Shown one piece after another: positions 57,957 to 64,000 of a stretch of DNA of 64,000 nt. Where the stretch lies: the NCBI RefSeq assembly GCF_000143415.4, contig NW_003314294.1, forward strand, positions 367,402 through 431,401, given 5' to 3'. Under the pieces are notes generated by a model, which searched no databases, was not told the DNA's origin, and saw only the letters and a list, made by a program, of their open reading frames with translations. This DNA is from Selaginella moellendorffii. Lineage: Eukaryota > Plantae > Lycopodiophyta. How positions within the stretch are numbered: the first letter of the stretch is position 1; each line of letters begins with the position of its first letter. A program made the position numbers and the translations under genes.

Positions 57957-58417
57957 CATTATCTAAGAAAATTTGCTCTAGACAGGAATATTAGAACACA
58001 ACTCAATTAAGGAGGTATCCAATAGTAATCATAAATGCACTAGCAAGAGCACCAACTTCTACTGGGCAAGTTAAGTAGTTAAAATCAATAATAACATATT
58101 CATTGCTAACAATTAACCATGAAAAATGCTCGATCAAATCAAATGGCACTAACTCAAATAGATGAGAAATTGTAATTAACTCTAACAATCTTTTTGTAGC
58201 ACAAAGAGGAGTATTATGAACTTGGTATCAAACACAATTATATATATACCAAATAATATCAAGCACAGACAACTACAGCTCACCACCGGGAAGAGACCTT
58301 GTGCACGGCGTTCTAGCTTCTCAAAACTAATAACTAAACTTCTTACAATCTTTATCTCAAAACCAGAATAACAAGCACATCCCCATCCAAAAATTATATT
58401 ATTATACGAGACAATCG

Positions 58418-58980
58418 TCAACTTGAAGCTTTGGGGGGCTTGCGATTGGGCTTCACAGAGATCACGTCATAGTCTCCTACACATGGCTCGTCCGGCTCAA
58501 GAAACTCAAAACAACACATCCTGGAGGTTAAATCCAGCACTTCGATGACCATCCAACGAAGAACCACAGACGTACCTGCTTGATCTGGCAGACACCAGGT
58601 AATCCACTCCCACAGCCTTCGCTTCACTGTTGAGCAAACTCTCAACACTGCTTTCATCACGATGCTGTGCCGTGTAGTGAATGGTGAGCTAAACAAACGC
58701 AAACATAATAAAGCACCAGTTTAAAGGATCATTTAGATTATACCTGAAGCTCTTTCTTTGAACTTTGGCAGAGCGCTTTAGCTCTTTCCAAAGTATTCAT
58801 CACCCATGGTTCCTCTAGAAGCCTAATACATACGAGGTAGATCGTGTCCTTGGCGTGCAACCGGTTATCCGCAAGAACCCATTTCAAGGCTTTGAGTTCT
58901 GTCTTCACGGCCACAAACCACACCTTCCCTTCCTTTTTCCCAGCAACATCGTCCAGGCACACGCAGATGCTTTCTCCCAT
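58418..58980 (-). CDS. Divergent USP-like gene, 3 exons (near-identical paralog of 51048-51616)
   Basis: Open spliced frame ..KELQ|LTIHYTAQHRDESSVESLLNSEAKAVGVDYLVSARSSR|MCCFEFLEPDEPCVGDYDVISVKPNRKPPKASS*. Confidence 0.7.
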
Positions 58981-59459
58981 TGCTAGTAGATGTATCCTTG
59001 TGGTTTTCAATATATATCATCTAAGTGGCTAAAATTTCGTTTGCTATTTTTGTATTAGGGCTGCCTGGAAAATGTGCGCTGCAATGGATGCGTTTTTCAA
59101 TAAAGTCTTAGTGCATATTTATACTGCTACAAATTAATTGTTTAATTAGTTAGAATCTTTTTATTATAGCAGAATCAATTTCTTTTTTAGTGGGCAGGAC
59201 CTAAATTAATTATCTAGCATATACTAAGATATTCAACTCATAAGGAAATAAGAAAAACAAAATGTATTGGGGGTGTAGTGGTTTATCCCAAAACAAAAAA
59301 AGAAACCAAAATGGTATCTCCGGGTTCGACTCCCGGCACCCTCACTTATTTTTAACATTTTTACCACTCAAATAGATTTTTCTACTAAACATGTGGTTTT
59401 GAGCGCTTCAGTCGAAACCTACCAGGAAAAAAGTGAGATGGTGAATATGAACTTGACAG

Positions 59460-61345
59460 ATACCTTGGCTGTCCAGCATTTGCCGTCATTGTTGTGGAAT
59501 GCGTTCACCACTCCAGTGTAATCCAAGTTTTTTATCGTGTTGTAGGCTCCGTCGTGGATCTCCACTTCAATAGTGTCGCCACTGCTGTTAATCAGGAATA
59601 TGATGTTCATTTGGCCGTAACGAATCATGGTACCAACATCTTGTGCTGCAACCTAGAGAGACATACCAGGGAAAAAAAGAAAAGAAACTCTTTTTCTTGT
59701 AGACTTCGGAGTACCTGAAAGCTTCCATCTCCAATGCAAGCGATAACACGCTTATCTTCGCACCTTGTCCGTGCCAAGCAGGGCACCGACAGAACAGCCA
59801 ATAGCTCCGTATTGCATCTGGAATTCATATCTGGAATATATCCGAGTGATAGAAAACAAATGAAGAAAATATTACAGTTCTCACCCGCAACCATCCGGAA
59901 GTTTCAGCTTTTGACAATTAAACCAAGAATCACCCGTTTCAGAGATCACTGCCGTACCCTTTGATAGCATTCCCTGTAGAGACAAGAGAGAAGGAAAGAA
60001 TCTTAAGAAACCATTGAAAGAAAGGTGTAACCTGTATGTGCTTGAAGAGTACATTAACTCGGAGCTTTGCGCCAGAGTTTTTTCGCCGCCAACTTTCGCC
60101 AGAGGCACGTAAAGTCCTGGACGTTCTCGTAGGAGGTCGCGTTCTTCTTCACCTTAGCCGCGAGGCCGTGGAGAAAGTCTTTCATGAGCACGCATCCAAA
60201 CGAGAGGCCTCCACCGATGGTCACTCTCTCGGGCTCGACCATGATAGCTTTTCTCCTTCTTGATCAGGAGTGAGTATCCCACGGAGCTGTAATCGTTGAA
60301 GATCGGCCCGGCAAAGAGATAAGCGTCGGCCGACTCGGCAACCTCGCAGCAGCATGGAGAGCTCACAGCTCCCCAGTAAGTCCCGATGAAGCGTGGATGC
60401 GTCTCCGGCCGATGGCATCACAGCAGTGGCATACTCGCACGAGTTTGCGAGCTCCACAAACGCCTCTCTGGCTTTGGCTACTCGAAGCTTTGGACCGGCA
60501 ACGAGAACTGGCTTTGCGGATGCATTGAGGAAATTTGCAGCAGCATCAATGGCAGCATGCAAGCTGTTTTGATTGCTCAGCCTAGTTTGTCGATCACGAA
60601 AAGCTGGAAGTTAAATTGGTTTTCCATTGAGAAAAGTTTGTACCAAGACAAAGCTTTTATAGGCACTTGTGGAATTCTCCATGTCACAGGTTGTTGTCAA
60701 GGACCTGGAGGATGCTCACGAGTTGATCGACTAAAGTATCCATCTTTCGGCAACCATACTGCATCGGGGCCATAAAGCTATGAAAACAATGCTTGTGTTT
60801 TGTGTCAGCGAGGAGAGCACGAGGATTTCCAAACAAGCACAAAACAACAAGAACAAAGTACTGCAGAACAAAAATCTTCCACGCAAAAACCATCAAAACC
60901 ATTGATGAGAGATTCCATGCTCCAGAGAAAACCAAGTTTTCAATCGCAAGATCTTGATGGATGCTCCAAAGGAAGAATTTTGGTACCTGAGCACAAGTAA
61001 CTGGCTTGAAGCATGCGAGCTCCTGAGTAAAATCCGCGACTCCAATCGTGGAATGAAGAACTCGATTGCTCCATTCGCCTCCAACGATGCAAATCACCGG
61101 CAAATTCTCGCTGTAGGAGCCCGCGATGGCATTGGTGACGCTAAGCCCCCCAACAGTGAACGTCACGACGCAAGCTCCCACGCCTTTGGCCCGCGCGTAG
61201 CCATCGGCGGCATACCCAGCATTGAGCTCGTTGCAACAGCCCACGAAATTCAGCCGCGGCTCGGCGATGAGCTCGTCGAGTAGCAGCAGATTGAAATCCC
61301 CCGGCACGCCGAAGAGATCGGTCACGCCGATCTCCGCCGAGTCCG
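59460..61345 (-). pseudogene. PDC: Pyruvate decarboxylase pseudogene, copy B (most complete)
   Basis: [64 protein letters not shown] and CIGDGSFQ. Deletion after CIVGG, frameshifts near 60390 and 60245, and no recognisable start. Confidence 0.88.
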
Positions 61346-61421
61346 GCAAGAACCCTAAATCTCTAAGAACTTGACAAGTGTCAGAGACATGTGGACGATT
61401 CATTAACTTAGATAACGTTAA

Positions 61422-61493
61422 GTTGAGATGGTCGAACTGGTCTAAGGCGCCGGATGGTCCGCAAGGGTGTGGGTTCGAATCGCACTCTCAAGA
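61422..61493 (+). pseudogene. tRNA-Leu pseudogene lacking the anticodon loop
   Basis: GTTGAGATGGTCGAACTGGTCTAAGGCGCCGGAT-GGTCCGCAAGGGTGTGGGTTCGAATCGCACTCTCAA has the D arm, variable arm and T arm of plant tRNA-Leu, with about 8-9 nt of the anticodon arm deleted. Confidence 0.75.
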
Positions 61494-62054
61494 AAATAAA
61501 CTGCGACTTCTTGGAGGCATGCAATGCAAGAATCTCAGTGTAGAAACGATCGATCCAATTCTCCAAGTCAATCTTGGGTCGGTTTAGAGGCTTGTGGACT
61601 TTGCGATATTTTGGTTGGAGTTCTTCTTTCTTCCGTGACTTCTGGGACTGTTTCGAGCGTGAATCCAACCACACACACCTCTTCGAGAAGCCAAAGAGAG
61701 ACCAAAATTCTTCCAACTTCCAAGTACCAAAGCTCGCGCTCTACGAGCTTTGGTACGAGCGCGTGAAAATTCCTTGACCAGCTATAACTAGAAATGAGAT
61801 CCACACTGGAAAGAATCACGATTTTGGGAAGAAAATCTACAAAGAACGAAAACAAGGACACAGGAGACACACACACAAAAAAAGGAGCGTACGAACCTCT
61901 TTTCCTACGTTGAACTCCAGGCGAGGGTTCACGGCTCGCGTAAATACATTGAGAGTCAACACTCCCCAGTAACCTACAGCAGCGAGAGAGAATTCTCATC
62001 AGCCATTATCGAAGTCCCTGGCAAAAACACCATACCCTAGCGCCAAGAACGCGC

Positions 62055-62059
<5 letters not shown>

Positions 62060-62088
<29 letters not shown>
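62060..62088. repeat. (GA)n microsatellite
   Basis: About 14 GA units. Confidence 0.9.
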
Positions 62089-62092
<4 letters not shown>

Positions 62093-62225
62093 CAAACCTC
62101 GCATGCTTTAGGTGGCATTTCCTGGGCCGAGAATCGATCCGGCGCCATCCAGTTTTTTCAAAAAACTATTATATTATTAACGTCAAAGGCAAGGTCAACT
62201 GTCAAGTCTATCTATCTTAGAATGT

Positions 62226-62763
62226 TTAGGATGTCAACTTGATTTCACTCTGGGTTTTTGTCTTCACGGAGATCACGTCATAGTCTACCCGTGGCTCGAC
62301 AACAAACTCAAAACAACACATCCTGGAGATTAAATCCAGCACTTGAGAGTGATCAATCCAACCAAGAACCACAGACTTACCGTCTTGATCTGGCAGACAC
62401 AAGGTAATCCGCACCCACCGCCTTGGCTTCACTGTTGAGCAAATCCTCAATGCCAAACATGGGCTCAAACCGCGCCGTATAGTGAATAGTGAGCTACAAC
62501 AATGTAGATGTCCCAAGAATCAACAAAAGATCCCATCTTGTTTTGGATCATACCTGAAGTTCCTTTTTTGCACTTTGGCAGAGCGCTTTAGCTCTCACGA
62601 AAGTATTCATCACCCATGGATCATGTGGATGCCCAATACATACAAGATAGATCGTGTCCTTGGCGTGCAGCCGATTATCCCCAAGAACCCATTGCAAGGC
62701 TTTGAGTTCGCTCTTGACAGCCACAACCCACACCTTCCCTTCCTTCTTCCACGCTTCTGCCAT
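62226..62763 (-). CDS. Divergent USP-like gene, 3 exons
   Basis: MAEAWKKEGKVWVVAVKSELKALQWVL..|LTIHYTARFEPMFGIEDLLNSEAKAVGADYLVSARSR|RMCCFEFVVEPRVDYDVISVK..*. Confidence 0.72.
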
Positions 62764-63451
62764 TGCTAGTATAAAACGATATATGGTGTTCAACATATAT
62801 AGTCTAAGCTGTAGGCTAAAACTTCGTTTGCTATTTTTTATTCGAAAAAAGGCTAGTATTCCTTAAGCTTAACTATTTTAATTCAGTTACTTTGATGTTG
62901 CGAACTTGGGTAAAAACATATTGACATTAACTCTTTCACAGTAGTATATCTTGTACAGAGAATTGATCCTTGTAAAAGTAAGACTGAGATCGAAGCTGTA
63001 TCAAAATTATACAAGGTGCTCAAAAACAGCGTAGACACCATGCCCACGCTTCCAATGTCTTATCACCTGTGACCAACGTTTCTGGGTCCAAACGAGAGGA
63101 TAGAAGTCATAATGAAACTACTTGAAGTTTCCATCTCAGCCATTGCTATGACTCGACACTATCCAACCATAAACGATGGCAGATGTTATTTGGATGACAC
63201 ATGAGAAATTGTCACGAAGACTCTTCCAGAAAAAACCACCTAGGTTAACAAAAGACACAATACTGGCGCGAGATAATTTTGAAAGGCTAGAACTTTAAAA
63301 AAAACTTCAAACCATACAAAAACTCCGGGATCCGGCACGCGTGATGATCCTAAATCATTCTTTATGTGGCATTTCCTCGGCGCACCAGCTTGATTGGTCA
63401 GCAAGGGTCGTCAACTTTCAAGTCAAAAAATTAATGAAATTAAGATTGATC

Positions 63452-64000
63452 TTAGAACCACCCTTTCGGGGATTGCGATCCTTTTGGGAGTTGCGGTTGC
63501 AATGCTTTCACTCTGGGTTTGGCCTTCACGCGGATCTCGTCATATTTTTCATAGTTTTCCAATTGACTGACCGGCTTAAGAAATTCAAAACAACCCTCCC
63601 CGTCCCTGAGATCAAATGGACAGCAATTGAGTGATCGATCCAATCAAAAACCACAGACTTACCAAGGTCTTGATCTGGCAGACACCAGGTAATCCGCACC
63701 CACGCCCTTGGCTTCACTCTCGAGCAACATCTGAACAGGGTTGTCACCAAAATACCGCGCCGTACAGTGAATAGTGAGCTACAACACCTCATGATCCCAT
63801 GATCATGAATCAACAAAAGGGGGATTTGGATAATCATACCTGGAGCTCTTTCTTTGCATTTTGGCAGAGTTCTTTAGCTCTCGTGAAAGTATTCATGACC
63901 CATGGATCCTGTGGACGTCCAATACATACAAGGTAGATCGTGTCTTTGGCCTGTAATCGGTTTTCCGCCAGAACCCAATGCAAGGCTTTGAGTTCGCTCT
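63452..64000 (-). CDS. Divergent USP-like gene (5' end beyond the window)
   Basis: ..ELKALHWVLAENRLQAKDTIYLVCI..KELQ|LTIHCTARYFGDNPVQMLLESEAKGVGADYLVSARSRPW|DGEGCFEFLKP..*. Confidence 0.65.

Larger units (their letters stand above)
55800..58290. mobile_element. Gypsy relic mosaic (plus-strand LTR/gag part, minus-strand integrase part) hosting Cassandra-like insertions
   Basis: 55800-57060 is similar to the reverse complement of 10850-9640. 57960-58290 is similar to 6770-7060. There is a ~60-bp tandem duplication at ~57107-57230. Confidence 0.7.

Noticed and set aside
60684-61403. Functional PDC gene
   Set aside because: The ORF reads into an intron, has a deletion after CIVGG, and the downstream exons are frameshifted.
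61568-61999. 143-aa minus-strand ORF as a second ABCC N-terminus or a new gene
   Set aside because: Only the adjacent 62020-62215 matches the ABCC upstream region, and the ORF itself has no motif I can support.

Overview
Compact, intron-rich plant nuclear DNA. Introns of about 50-70 bp, 31-aa SS-type PLS-PPR arrays and an animal-type BK/Slo K+ channel suggest a lycophyte such as Selaginella (inference). The GC-rich gene blocks encode, in order: DUF3527 protein, caleosin, ABI5/ABF bZIP, germin-like protein, PLS-E PPR, truncated YVH1-like phosphatase, myosin-binding (GTD/Zein-binding) protein, BK/Slo channel, VASt-domain protein, COR27-like protein, UreG, a CLE-like peptide precursor, SDHAF1, two head-to-head PPR genes and an ABCC13-like transporter. 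Three AT-rich islands (about 5.9-13.6, 30.4-35.5 and 54.2-58.3 kb) hold decayed Ty3/gypsy elements and two TRIM families. One family is Cassandra-like, with ~196-bp LTRs carrying a 5S rRNA A-box/IE/C-box segment; it occurs as one full-length copy with a TSD, two solo LTRs, and one LTR captured inside a different, young TRIM. From 48.5 to 64 kb there is a mosaic tandem array of divergent USP-like genes (three complete copies plus one running off the window end, all with open spliced frames), pyruvate decarboxylase pseudogenes and tRNA-like relics, with a 100-N gap at 54506-54605. All calls come from manual reading; no searches were run.
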